From a bacterium (lineage in GTDB: Bacteria > UBA8248): a stretch of DNA of 64,000 bases. Every line of letters starts with the position of its first letter. The first letter of the stretch is position 1. The stretch spans positions 2,656,001 to 2,720,000 of the forward strand of contig CBDBBI010000010.1 of assembly GCA_965202625.1 (NCBI GenBank), in the 5' to 3' direction. The notes beneath the pieces are model-generated. The model was not told the DNA's origin. It was given only the letters and a program-made list of their open reading frames with translations, and did no database searches. Shown in pieces: positions 44,726 through 54,003 of the stretch. A program made the position numbers and the translations under genes.

Positions 44726-45229
44726 ATGAGCATCGACCCGAAGGAGTTGAGAACGGCTCTTGGTAGATTCGCCACCGGCGTCACTGTGGTCACCGCGAAA
44801 ACGTGGACCGAAGCCCGCGGAATGACGGCCAACGCGTTTTCCTCGCTTTCACTCGACCCGCCGCTCGTTTTGGTGTGTTTTGACAACAAGGCATCAAGTT
44901 TGAGGGTGGTGCGGGAGGCGGGAAAGTTCGCCGTCAACTTCTTGGCCGAGGAGCAAAAAGGCGCTTCGGACTGGTTTGCTGGAAAGGGCAGGGATTCGGG
45001 GGATCAGTTCGCGAACATCGTGCATGAGATGGGAGAGAACGGATCGCCCCTGCTCACGGGAAACGCGGGCGTTTTGGAGTGCGACCTCCACGAGGAATTC
45101 CCCGGCGGGGATCACACCATCGTCGTGGGGCGCGTGACACGCGTGCTGGTGGATGAGGAAATTTGCCCCCCGCTGCTTTTTTATGGCAGCGCCTATCGTA
45201 AGATGGATATGGACGGTGTCTACGACTGA
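44726..45229 (+). CDS. Flavin reductase (HpaC/DIM6 family)
   Basis: LGRFATGVTVVT, GMTANAFSSLSLDPPLV, GGDHTIVVG; ATG 44726 after AAAGGA. Confidence 0.93.
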   Translation: MSIDPKELRTALGRFATGVTVVTAKTWTEARGMTANAFSSLSLDPPLVLVCFDNKASSLRVVREAGKFAVNFLAEEQKGASDWFAGKGRDSGDQFANIVHEMGENGSPLLTGNAGVLECDLHEEFPGGDHTIVVGRVTRVLVDEEICPPLLFYGSAYRKMDMDGVYD

Positions 45230-45275
45230 GCTTTCACCCCTAGACCGGATTTTATAAATTTCGCAAGGAGCGTCC

Positions 45276-46037
45276 TTGGCTTCGTATCACGCGGTTGCAT
45301 TTGATATCTTTGACACACTCGTTGATTTTGACGTTTCCCTTTTTCCGGTGGTCGAAATCGATGGAAAAGAGGAGAAGACCACTTCCAGAGCAGCTTATGA
45401 TGCCCTTTACGAAAGCGGCTTCTTGGTGCCCAATTATTCGGCCTTCCACCAGCTTTGGGTGCGGAACTCACAGGAAGTGTGGGCGGAGCGCAACCGGGAC
45501 CCGGAGCACAGGGAAGTTCGCTCGATACGTCGTTTTCGACGCCTGATGGCGTTTTTGGTGGCGATTCCCCCAAAAGATAGGGAAAGCGCCGCCCGAACGG
45601 CGATGAACGCCCACATGGATGGCATCGCGCGCTCCGTTGTGTTTGACCGGCGTCGACTCAACCTCCTGGCGAAGATAAAAGACGCTGGCCTGCCGATAGG
45701 ACTCATCAGCAATTTCGACCATGCGCCTACCGCCCGGCGAATTATAGAACGAGAGGGGCTCGTCCCTTATCTCGATACCATTCATATTTCAGAGGATGAG
45801 GGCTTCAGAAAGCCGGCGGCGTCTTTGTTTCTCAACGCGGCGGAAAAGTTGGGGGCGCCGCCGAAAGAGGCGCTCTTCGTGGGCGATACGTTTGAGGCTG
45901 ACGTGGAGGGCCCGCAAGGTGTGGGCATGCCATGCGCATGGCTGAACAAAAAAGGAACACCGGTTCCCGAGGGAAGCGATCCGCCTGATTTTGAGATCAA
46001 AACTCTGGAGAGCGTGCTTCCGATTCTCGGTCTGTAG
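45276..46037 (+). CDS. HAD-superfamily hydrolase
   Basis: FDIFDTL (motif I), ISN (II), KP (III), VGDTFEADVEG (IV). Confidence 0.9.
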   Translation: MASYHAVAFDIFDTLVDFDVSLFPVVEIDGKEEKTTSRAAYDALYESGFLVPNYSAFHQLWVRNSQEVWAERNRDPEHREVRSIRRFRRLMAFLVAIPPKDRESAARTAMNAHMDGIARSVVFDRRRLNLLAKIKDAGLPIGLISNFDHAPTARRIIEREGLVPYLDTIHISEDEGFRKPAASLFLNAAEKLGAPPKEALFVGDTFEADVEGPQGVGMPCAWLNKKGTPVPEGSDPPDFEIKTLESVLPILGL

Positions 46038-46049
46038 TCCCTGTTTTTC

Positions 46050-46796
46050 GTGAGGATTTATCCCTTGTCAGTTCTCGCGCTTCAGCATGTAGATATGGAA
46101 AGACTATCGCTACTGGAGGAAGTGCTCGATGAGGAAAACCTCTCGTGGTTCTATGTCGCCCTTCACGAAGGGGAGAGTCTCCCTCGCTCTGTGGACGATC
46201 TGAAAGACGTCAGGGCTATCGTCGTCTTGGGCGGCCCCATGGGCGTTTACGAGGAGGAGGCATACCCCTGGCTGAGGGAGGAGATTTGTTTCCTCGGCAA
46301 GGCGCTCCGCGCGGGGTTTCCCGTTTATGGCCTTTGTCTGGGCGCGCAGCTTATGGCTGCGGCATTGGGTGCCCGCGTGTATCCGTCGAAGGAGAAGAAG
46401 GAGATCGGCTGGTTTCCGGTCGTGTTGACCCCGCAAGCGCGGGCGGATCCGCTACTTGCAGACGAGGCGTCGTCCTTCCCCGTTTTTCAGTGGCACGGAG
46501 ATACGTTTGACATTCCGGAGGGTGCTGTTCATCTGGCGTCTTCCGTGCGATATCCCCATCAGGCGTTTCGGTGGGGTGCGTGCGCCTACGCCTTCCAGTT
46601 TCACCTGGAAGTCGGGGCGGATGACATATCCGCGTGGATCGACGTATTTGGGGATGATCTGCGCTCCCCACGCTCGGACGCGAATCCACAAGCGATACAG
46701 GCCGATACGGCGATGCATCTGGAGGCTTTGAACGAACGCGCCAGGTGCTGGTTCGCACTCTGGCTCGCTCTCTCGGGGCTGATCGCCTCGTCTTGA
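46050..46796 (+). CDS. Class I glutamine amidotransferase-like protein
   Basis: LGGPMGVY, GLCLGAQL, FQWHGDTF, FQFHLE (Cys-His-Glu triad). Confidence 0.92.
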   Translation: MRIYPLSVLALQHVDMERLSLLEEVLDEENLSWFYVALHEGESLPRSVDDLKDVRAIVVLGGPMGVYEEEAYPWLREEICFLGKALRAGFPVYGLCLGAQLMAAALGARVYPSKEKKEIGWFPVVLTPQARADPLLADEASSFPVFQWHGDTFDIPEGAVHLASSVRYPHQAFRWGACAYAFQFHLEVGADDISAWIDVFGDDLRSPRSDANPQAIQADTAMHLEALNERARCWFALWLALSGLIASS

Positions 46797-46854
46797 GCTT
46801 GCCCCTTTGTCGGCGAGGGGTCGATTTTATGATTTTGACATAAAGGAACCATTC

Positions 46855-48117
46855 ATGGCAGAGCTTATCCGCGGAGAGATCGTGGCCATCGGCACCGAGA
46901 TGCTTCTTGGCGACCTCATTGACACCAACAGCGCCTTCATCGCCAACCAGCTCAAGTCCATCGGTGTCAACATGTATTACAAGACCACCGTCGGAGATAA
47001 CCTGGAGAGAATCGCGGGCGTCATCAGGCAGGCGCATGAGCGTTCCCAGGTGGTGATCACCACGGGGGGGCTTGGCCCCACGGTTGATGATTTGACGCGG
47101 GAGGCCTGCGCCAAAGTGATGGGCGCGCCACTCGAGTTTCGAGAGGAGTTGTATGATTACATCAACGCCTATTTTCAGCGTCGCGGTTTTCAAATGAGCG
47201 ACAACAACAAGAAGCAAGCCTACGTTCCTGCCAATGCCACCCCCATCGAGAATCCGCGCGGAACGGCACCTTGCTTCATGTGCGAGGATGAGAAAGGAGT
47301 CATCATCGTGAGTCCGGGGGTTCCGCACGAGATGCGCTACATCATCACCGAGCGCGCGCTGCCCATCTTGCGAGAGAAGTTCGACCTGGGCGAGGTCATC
47401 CGGACGCGCGTCCTGAAGACTTGCGGCATCGGCGAATCGCGGGTCGATGAGATGATATCGGACCTGTTTCGTGAATCCGTCAACCCGAGCATCGGTGTGC
47501 TCGCCCACCCTGGGCAGGTGGACGTGCGACTTACTGCGCGCGCGGCGAACGTTGAGGAGGCGGAGGCGATGATCGACGGCCTTGAGGTGAAGGTGCGCGA
47601 GATTCTGGGCTCGGCCATTTACGCCACGGGGGGGGCTACACTTGAGCAGACGCTGGCGCGCGTGCTCGGCGCGCGTGGTAAAAGCATCGCGATCGTCGAG
47701 TCGAATACCGGCGGGGCCTTGCTGCAGAGGCTAAACGCCTGGCCCGAGCGCGTGAAGTTTCTCAGGCGCGGGATCGTCGGTCTGCGTGCGAAGGAGCTGG
47801 CGCACATGTTCGGGGTGGACGAGAGCGCGGGGCCTGAGCGTTTCGCCAAAGTCCTTGCCCGGAGGGTGCGCGAGGAATCGGGCGCCGACATGGGGCTCGC
47901 CGTCTTCGGCCCCAATCCGCCCGAGAATATTGAACCGGAGAACTCTCGCCGGGCGCCGGCGCTGGGCCCTACTTACATGGTGCTTGACACGGACGCGGGG
48001 ACGTTTGACTTCTCGTCGAGCTTCGGGGGCAACGAGCAGTTCGTCCAATCGCGCGCCCCGGTCTACGCGATGGAACTCGTGCGTCGTGCCTTGCTGGGAC
48101 TCGATCCGCTTGTCTGA
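46855..48117 (+). CDS. cinA: CinA-family protein (MoCF-like domain plus degenerate PncC domain)
   Basis: GTEMLLG..DTN, VGDN, TGGLGPTVDDLT, GTAP, PGVPHEM. Confidence 0.9.
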   Translation: MAELIRGEIVAIGTEMLLGDLIDTNSAFIANQLKSIGVNMYYKTTVGDNLERIAGVIRQAHERSQVVITTGGLGPTVDDLTREACAKVMGAPLEFREELYDYINAYFQRRGFQMSDNNKKQAYVPANATPIENPRGTAPCFMCEDEKGVIIVSPGVPHEMRYIITERALPILREKFDLGEVIRTRVLKTCGIGESRVDEMISDLFRESVNPSIGVLAHPGQVDVRLTARAANVEEAEAMIDGLEVKVREILGSAIYATGGATLEQTLARVLGARGKSIAIVESNTGGALLQRLNAWPERVKFLRRGIVGLRAKELAHMFGVDESAGPERFAKVLARRVREESGADMGLAVFGPNPPENIEPENSRRAPALGPTYMVLDTDAGTFDFSSSFGGNEQFVQSRAPVYAMELVRRALLGLDPLV

Positions 48118-48823
48118 CGTGTTTGGAAGGTGAAAATAACCGAAAAAGCGTCCCCATTTTCCCTGGGTACGTCGCGGGGCGGGTTGTGGCTCGCGTCCAT
48201 TCCGCCCCATGCGCGGCGCCTTCCTGAAGCGCAGCCTCCGTTCGTCGTTTTACGATTTTGACGCGCCATGGAGATTCTCCTTCGGTATCGCTGACAGGAC
48301 CCTTTCCTGGTTCTCAATTTGCTCAAACGAAGCGCGTCCTCTCATCCGCCGCGGTGGTTTTCTCTCTCGTTCAATGTCGTCCGCGCCGTTGGTCTCGCTA
48401 TCACTCCAGCGTCGGTCGCGTCGTTCGTCATGTTCCCCTACCGCATTCCCGCAGACACCCGTCTTCTCGCTGATTTGCGTCCCTGCTCACGAAATCCTCC
48501 CGCCGAAGGGCGCCGCTAGGGGGAGGGGTGAAAGAGTGAATCTTTCGCGCGCGCCTCGTTTCTTGGTAGAAGAGCCGGCTCGACGGTGTTTCAGGATGTG
48601 GGTGTTGCGGTCGTTGTTGGTTCGGGAGCGGCGGGGGCGTCTTAGCGTGTCACGGGAGATGATAGATGCAGCGCGGCCGTTTCCTCGAGACGGCGCGAGA
48701 TAAGTGGGTTTACAAAATGAAAAACGCTTGCGAAAATAGAGGGTCAAAATAGAGACATAAACGTTCTTGTTGAGATAGTCGGTTTTCGGGAAGTATCCGT
48801 TCGATCTTTGGAAAGGTGTTTTG

Positions 48824-50323
48824 ATGATCTGGAGGGAAACGCGTCTCCCCGCGCAGTGCGCACCTAACCTGCGAGCCATGATGCGTTCGGCAAAGCTGCG
48901 GCGAGTTGGCGTGTTGTTATCCCTTGGAGCGGCCGTGTTCCTGGGTGCCGTGTTCCTGGGTAAGATATACTTCTCTCGTGACCTACCTGAAGAGTCCGCT
49001 CCAGCCGCGAATGCGCTCGGATCTTCTGAGACGCCCGCAGCCCTGAAGGCGCGCGCCGCCGCACCTGCCCAAACGCCTCGCGTTCTGGTGCGCCGGAAGC
49101 TTGCGGAACGGGAGCTTCCAGAAGGGGGGCTAGAGGAGACTGCCGAAAGCCCGTCTGAGAGGAATGGGTTCACTACGCGCGCAGGTAAATTCTCGAGGGC
49201 GGACACCGTCAGCGGCGTGTTGAGCGCGCATGGCCTGGGTCGTTCGGAGATTCAGGATATCGTGGCGAGCGTGCCCGAAAAACGCGTTTTTTCGCGCATT
49301 CGGGCGGGGCGCCGATATGTGGTGCGCAAACAGGACGGCGAGTTTCGTGAATTCGTTTTCCACCTCGACAACGAGCGTCGGCTTCGGGTTTCTCGCACGC
49401 CGGCGGGAACGCTGAAGGCGACGAAAGAGGCCATTCCCTATTTGGTGGATGTCGTTCGCATGCAATCGCGCGTCAATGACTCCTTGCACCAGGCCATTGC
49501 CGACGCGGGGGGTTCTCCCGGGCTGGTGAACAAGCTGAGCGATATTTTTGCATACGTCATTGACTTCGATAAGGATTTGCAAAATGGAGATCAGGTGGAG
49601 GCACTGATTGAGCGCAGGCGTCTTGAAGGTGAGTTCGTGGGCTACGGGAGAGTTCTGGCGGCGGAATTCGTGGTGCGGGGCAAGCGTCACACGGCGGTGT
49701 ACTTCGATCACAAGGGCGGCAGATACTATACCTTCGAGGGAAAATCCCTGGCGCGCGCCTTTTTGCGATCCCCACTGCGCTACACGCGGGTCAGTTCCCG
49801 CTTTTCTAGGAGGCGCTTCCATCCCGTGCTCAAGCGCTATCGTCCCCACTTCGGGGTGGACTACGCCGCGCCCCGGGGTACACCCGTCCGCGCGGTCGCC
49901 GATGGAGTCGTCACCTGGAAGGGCCGCAAGAACCAGGCCGGCAAGATGGTGAGACTAAGCCACGACGGGGGCTACGCGACCGCCTATCTCCACCTGTCGC
50001 GATACGCGCGCGGGATTCGCAGGGGCAGGCGTGTTCTCCAGAGGCAGGTGATCGGCTATGTGGGTTCCACGGGACTGTCCACTGGCCCTCATCTGGATTA
50101 CCGTATCACCCACCGAGGGAGGCATCTGGACCCCTTGAAGATGAAACTTCCTCAAGGCGTATCGCTTCCCGGCTCGTTACGCCCCGCGTTCAAGAAGATT
50201 TTGGATGCGCGGCGCGCCATGTTTGACAACCTGCCACTGCTGAAGGACTCTCAGGTTTCCGTCGCCGCCCATGAGAGATTGGCCGAGAGCATGGCCGGGC
50301 GCGGCCGCGCGTCTTGGAACTGA
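48824..50323 (+). CDS. M23 peptidoglycan DD-endopeptidase (MepM-like), N-terminal membrane anchor
   Basis: HPVLK..RPHFGVDYAA, YLHLS, STGPHLDY; start uncertain (48821-48881). Confidence 0.92.
   Translation: MIWRETRLPAQCAPNLRAMMRSAKLRRVGVLLSLGAAVFLGAVFLGKIYFSRDLPEESAPAANALGSSETPAALKARAAAPAQTPRVLVRRKLAERELPEGGLEETAESPSERNGFTTRAGKFSRADTVSGVLSAHGLGRSEIQDIVASVPEKRVFSRIRAGRRYVVRKQDGEFREFVFHLDNERRLRVSRTPAGTLKATKEAIPYLVDVVRMQSRVNDSLHQAIADAGGSPGLVNKLSDIFAYVIDFDKDLQNGDQVEALIERRRLEGEFVGYGRVLAAEFVVRGKRHTAVYFDHKGGRYYTFEGKSLARAFLRSPLRYTRVSSRFSRRRFHPVLKRYRPHFGVDYAAPRGTPVRAVADGVVTWKGRKNQAGKMVRLSHDGGYATAYLHLSRYARGIRRGRRVLQRQVIGYVGSTGLSTGPHLDYRITHRGRHLDPLKMKLPQGVSLPGSLRPAFKKILDARRAMFDNLPLLKDSQVSVAAHERLAESMAGRGRASWN
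48932..48961 (+). repeat. Perfect 15-bp tandem duplication in the M23 membrane anchor
   Basis: GCCGTGTTCCTGGGT x2, encoding AVFLG-AVFLG. Confidence 0.85.
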
Positions 50324-50347
50324 AGGGAAACGAGGGACAGGGTGCTC

Positions 50348-50857
50348 ATGCGGATTCCTTTCGAGGGTGCGTTGCCGAGAATCCATGAAACCGCATGGCT
50401 AGCCGAGACCGCCGTCGTAATTGGCGACGTGGACATCGGTGCGCACAGCAGCGTTTGGTACAACTGCGTTTTGCGCGGGGATCAGATGCCCATCCGCGTG
50501 GGCAAGCGTGCGAATATTCAAGATGGATCGGTGCTGCACATCGAGGGCGGAAAATATGACTGCATCCTGGGCGATGACGTTTCAGTGGGGCATATGGCCA
50601 TCGTGCACGGGTGCCGAGTTGGGGACGGCGCGCTCATCGCGATGGGTGCCATCGTCTTGAACAACGTGGAGGTGGGCGAAGGCGCGGTTGTCGGGGCGGG
50701 CGCCGTCGTGCCTGAGAATAAGGTGATTCGCCCAGGAACCCTCTGGCTGGGCGCGCCCGCGCGATACGTTCGAGACCTCAACGATGAGGAAAGAGAGCGA
50801 TTCAAGAACACAGCCGTCTCTTACGTGAAAAACAAGGAGCGCTTCAAAAATTCATGA
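50348..50857 (+). CDS. Gamma carbonic anhydrase family (YrdA/PaaY-like)
   Basis: Hexapeptide repeats, LRGD, NIQD, three His ligands (VLH, VGH, VHG). Confidence 0.93.
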   Translation: MRIPFEGALPRIHETAWLAETAVVIGDVDIGAHSSVWYNCVLRGDQMPIRVGKRANIQDGSVLHIEGGKYDCILGDDVSVGHMAIVHGCRVGDGALIAMGAIVLNNVEVGEGAVVGAGAVVPENKVIRPGTLWLGAPARYVRDLNDEERERFKNTAVSYVKNKERFKNS

Positions 50858-50881
50858 CCGCGCCGAAAACATCTCCTCGCA

Positions 50882-51841
50882 ATGCCTAAGGAACCCCGTC
50901 TGGAGACGCCCGCTCCTCTCGCCGCGGTGGTGGACTTGGGCGCGAACGCGGCCCGCCTCGCACTCGCCACACTTGACGACGCGGGTCAACTCGAATCCCG
51001 CGGCCGCTGGCGCGAATTCATACGCTTGGGTGAGGGTGTTCGTGAAACGGGGCGGCTCTCCGAAAGTGCCATGCGAAGGGGACTCGCCTGCTTTTCGCGG
51101 TTCTCTGCGATTATTCGGGCACATCGCGTCCAGCTCGCTGACGCCGTGGCGACCAGCGCATTGCGTGATGCGCGAAACGCAGGCGCGTTCATCGCGCGCG
51201 CTGCACGGCTGGGCGTTGCGTTGCGCGTCATTCCGGCGAAAGAGGAGGCGCGGCTGGCGCTGGCGGGTGTCTTCGTCAATGTGGGTGCCTTGCCCGAACG
51301 CGCCTTAGTGTTCGACGTGGGTGGGGGAAGCCTCGAGGTGATGCTCGCCGCGGGGGAGCGCATTTGGAAGATGGTGAGTTTGCCCGCCGGTGTGGTGTAT
51401 CTGACGGAACGCTACCTTGCAGGAATGCCCACGGCGGACGAGCGAGTTCGGGCTTGCGCGGAGGAGGTGGACGCGATGCTGTCGAAGGTGGATTTTGGCG
51501 GGGCGGAGAGGAAGGCGCTCCCCTTCATTGGGTGTGGGGGCGTGGTCGCGTTAGCGTGGTTTTTGACCGAGGGCGCGCCGCTAGGCGGAAGCGTGAGTGG
51601 TATCTCGTTGTCAGCTTCCTTGTTCGAGGAGTGGGTGGATCGGTTCGCCAGAATGCAGTATGGGCAAAGGCGCGAGCTTCGTGGCTTCGAGCCGGGACGC
51701 GAGGATGTGGTGCTCGCCGGCTTGATCGTGGTGCGCGCGCTCCTGCGATGGGGACGCAAAGAGGAGTTCAGCGTATCCACAGGCGGTCTTCGGGAGGGGA
51801 GGCTTCTGGAGCTTTTGCGGACGCCCGCGCGGCGCGTGTGA
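50882..51841 (+). CDS. Ppx/GppA phosphatase (short form)
   Basis: DLGAN..RL, RLGEG, ATSALRDARN, EEARL, DVGGGSLE, GLREG. Confidence 0.9.
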   Translation: MPKEPRLETPAPLAAVVDLGANAARLALATLDDAGQLESRGRWREFIRLGEGVRETGRLSESAMRRGLACFSRFSAIIRAHRVQLADAVATSALRDARNAGAFIARAARLGVALRVIPAKEEARLALAGVFVNVGALPERALVFDVGGGSLEVMLAAGERIWKMVSLPAGVVYLTERYLAGMPTADERVRACAEEVDAMLSKVDFGGAERKALPFIGCGGVVALAWFLTEGAPLGGSVSGISLSASLFEEWVDRFARMQYGQRRELRGFEPGREDVVLAGLIVVRALLRWGRKEEFSVSTGGLREGRLLELLRTPARRV

Positions 51842-51940
51842 ACGTGTCTGGCCGCGTCGGGCCTAGGGTCATCCTAGCATTTTGTAGTTTGACACGCTCT
51901 TGCCGTCCGGAGAATCGGGCATAGTGCCGGGGAATTGGAC

Positions 51941-52480
51941 ATGGGGAGAATACTTCAATTTCCTCTCGCCCAAATTCCAAACGATGGACTTGATGTCGAT
52001 CTGGATTTGGAGACTGATGACTTAGGAAAAGTTTGCTTCACTGCCTCGGGTCTGAAACTCATCGGCAGATTGGGGAGAACCGGCCCGAGCGAGGCGCGTT
52101 TCTATGGGCGTATAAACGGTCGGCTCCTTCTGGAGTGTTCTCTGGGTTTGGCGGAATTTCCGCATCCCTTCGACGAGTCTCTGGCCGTTTATTTCTGCCG
52201 GATACCGCCGGACACCGACGCGGAAGGCGAGGTCGAACTGGATGAGAGGGATATGGAGGTCGCGTGCATCGAAAACGAAATAGTAGATCTCACGTCGCCC
52301 GTTCGAGACCAAATTGGTCTGGCCATTCCCATACAGCTAAGATGTCCCGATAGATGTCTGGGAGAGACGCCCGAGACTTGCCGCAGACTCAATGAGGGAG
52401 AATCCGTCGGCGCGGGGACGGTGCCTGACCCCAGGTGGGGCGCACTCAAGAGCTGGAAACCGCCGGATTCCTCGTGGTAG
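51941..52480 (+). CDS. YceD/DUF177 family protein
   Basis: Directly upstream of rpmF; IP...C...C.G and DPRW..L motifs. Confidence 0.85.
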   Translation: MGRILQFPLAQIPNDGLDVDLDLETDDLGKVCFTASGLKLIGRLGRTGPSEARFYGRINGRLLLECSLGLAEFPHPFDESLAVYFCRIPPDTDAEGEVELDERDMEVACIENEIVDLTSPVRDQIGLAIPIQLRCPDRCLGETPETCRRLNEGESVGAGTVPDPRWGALKSWKPPDSSW

Positions 52481-52628
52481 ACTTGTTGCTTGGTTCATGG
52501 GCGACGTGTTTCGAACGTATAGTGTATGATAGACGTAGATGGCGATTCGTTTCCAGGGATAGGGATGAAGCCGATAGGGTGCTAAATGGTTGCCCTTGAC
52601 GCGGGATTTTGAAAGGAGCGCAGAGGCT

Positions 52629-52808
52629 GTGGGACTTCCCAAACGGCGGCACTCGCAAGCGCGGGGCCGCAAAAGGAGAACGCACTACAAGGTGTCGAAA
52701 CCGTCGATCGCGGCTTGCGCGAACTGCAACAATCCGGTGCTGCCCCATCGGGTATGCGCCGCCTGCGGGTATTACAAGGGCCAGAAGGTTTTGGACGTAA
52801 AGGAATAA
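52629..52808 (+). CDS. rpmF: 50S ribosomal protein L32
   Basis: PKRRHS..RGRKRRTH, CANC..PHRVCAACGYY. Confidence 0.97.
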   Translation: MGLPKRRHSQARGRKRRTHYKVSKPSIAACANCNNPVLPHRVCAACGYYKGQKVLDVKE

Positions 52809-52829
52809 AACGGTCCCGGAGTGTGAGTA

Positions 52830-53909
52830 ATGAAGATAGCCATAGATGTGATGGGGGGGGACAACGCGCCTTCGGCAATCATAGAGGGAGCGGTGGATGC
52901 TTATCGTCAAGAGGGCATTGAGTCGATCCTGGTAGGGGTACCGGAGCCCATTGAGACGGAACTCGCGCGTCTGGGGGCGAATGAGAACCTCTTTGAGATT
53001 CGCGCGGCGAGCCAGGTCATTGAGATGGGCGAATCCCCCACAAAGTCGGTAAAATCGAAGGTTGACTCATCGGTGCGCGTCGCCCTTCAACTGGTCAAGA
53101 ACGAGGAGGCGCAGGCAGTGTTCAGTGCCGGCGACACCGGCGGCACCTTCGCCGCGGGCCTAGCCGTCTTACAGCGAATGCGAGAGGTGTATCGTCCTGC
53201 CATCGCCGCCCTGATCCCCACCCTGAAAGGCTTTTCCGTCATGCTCGACGTAGGGGCGAATTTGAACCCTCGGCCACAGCACCTGTTTCAATTCGGCGTC
53301 ATGGGATCGGTGTATAGCCAGGTGGTGCTCCAAAAACCCGCTCCTACAGTGGGGCTGTTGAACGTGGGCGGGGAGGATTCCAAGGGAACCGAGGCGCTCA
53401 AGACGGTGCATGATATGTTCATGAAGAGCGATCTGAATTTTGTGGGCAACGTGGAGGGCAGCACTATCTTTCAGGGCGCCACGGACGTGATCGTGTGCGA
53501 CGGCTTCGTGGGCAACGTGGCCTTGAAGGTGAGCGAGAGCCTCAGTGAGATGCTGACAACGTTGCTCCGGGAGCAAATCGTCCATTCGATGCGTAGCAAG
53601 ATTGGCTACATGTTTTTACAAAATGGCATAAAGTCTATGCGCCAGAGAATCGATTATTCTGAATACGGGGCGGCGCCGTTGCTGGGCCTGGGCGGAATTT
53701 GTACAATTGGGCACGGACGAAGTAACTCGAAGGCGGTGAAAAACGCCATTCGCACGACGGCGAACATCGTCAAAGTGCAGCTCAGTGCCAAGATACAAAG
53801 GGAGATTGACAAACATATTTCCATCCAGCGTGGCAGCGACGCCGGCTGGCGCTTGTGGAATCAGATACGAACGGGTATCTTCTACGAGGGTCCAACTAAG
53901 GATAAGTAA
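52830..53909 (+). CDS. plsX: Phosphate acyltransferase
   Basis: IAIDVMGGDNAP, SAGDTG, LDVGAN, CDGFVGNV.LK, HGRS. Confidence 0.97.
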   Translation: MKIAIDVMGGDNAPSAIIEGAVDAYRQEGIESILVGVPEPIETELARLGANENLFEIRAASQVIEMGESPTKSVKSKVDSSVRVALQLVKNEEAQAVFSAGDTGGTFAAGLAVLQRMREVYRPAIAALIPTLKGFSVMLDVGANLNPRPQHLFQFGVMGSVYSQVVLQKPAPTVGLLNVGGEDSKGTEALKTVHDMFMKSDLNFVGNVEGSTIFQGATDVIVCDGFVGNVALKVSESLSEMLTTLLREQIVHSMRSKIGYMFLQNGIKSMRQRIDYSEYGAAPLLGLGGICTIGHGRSNSKAVKNAIRTTANIVKVQLSAKIQREIDKHISIQRGSDAGWRLWNQIRTGIFYEGPTKDK

Positions 53910-54003
53910 GAAAGAGGAGCCCTCTTGCTATCTGAGTTTATTTCTGCATACTATAGCCTATAGCCCCCCCGGCAGCTCTTTCGCCCAGATAGGGAATCCT
54001 ATA

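Noticed and set aside
48209-48703. 164-aa plus-strand ORF in the cinA-M23 gap
   Set aside because: Arg/Ser-rich, no SD or domain features; the region is better explained as non-coding
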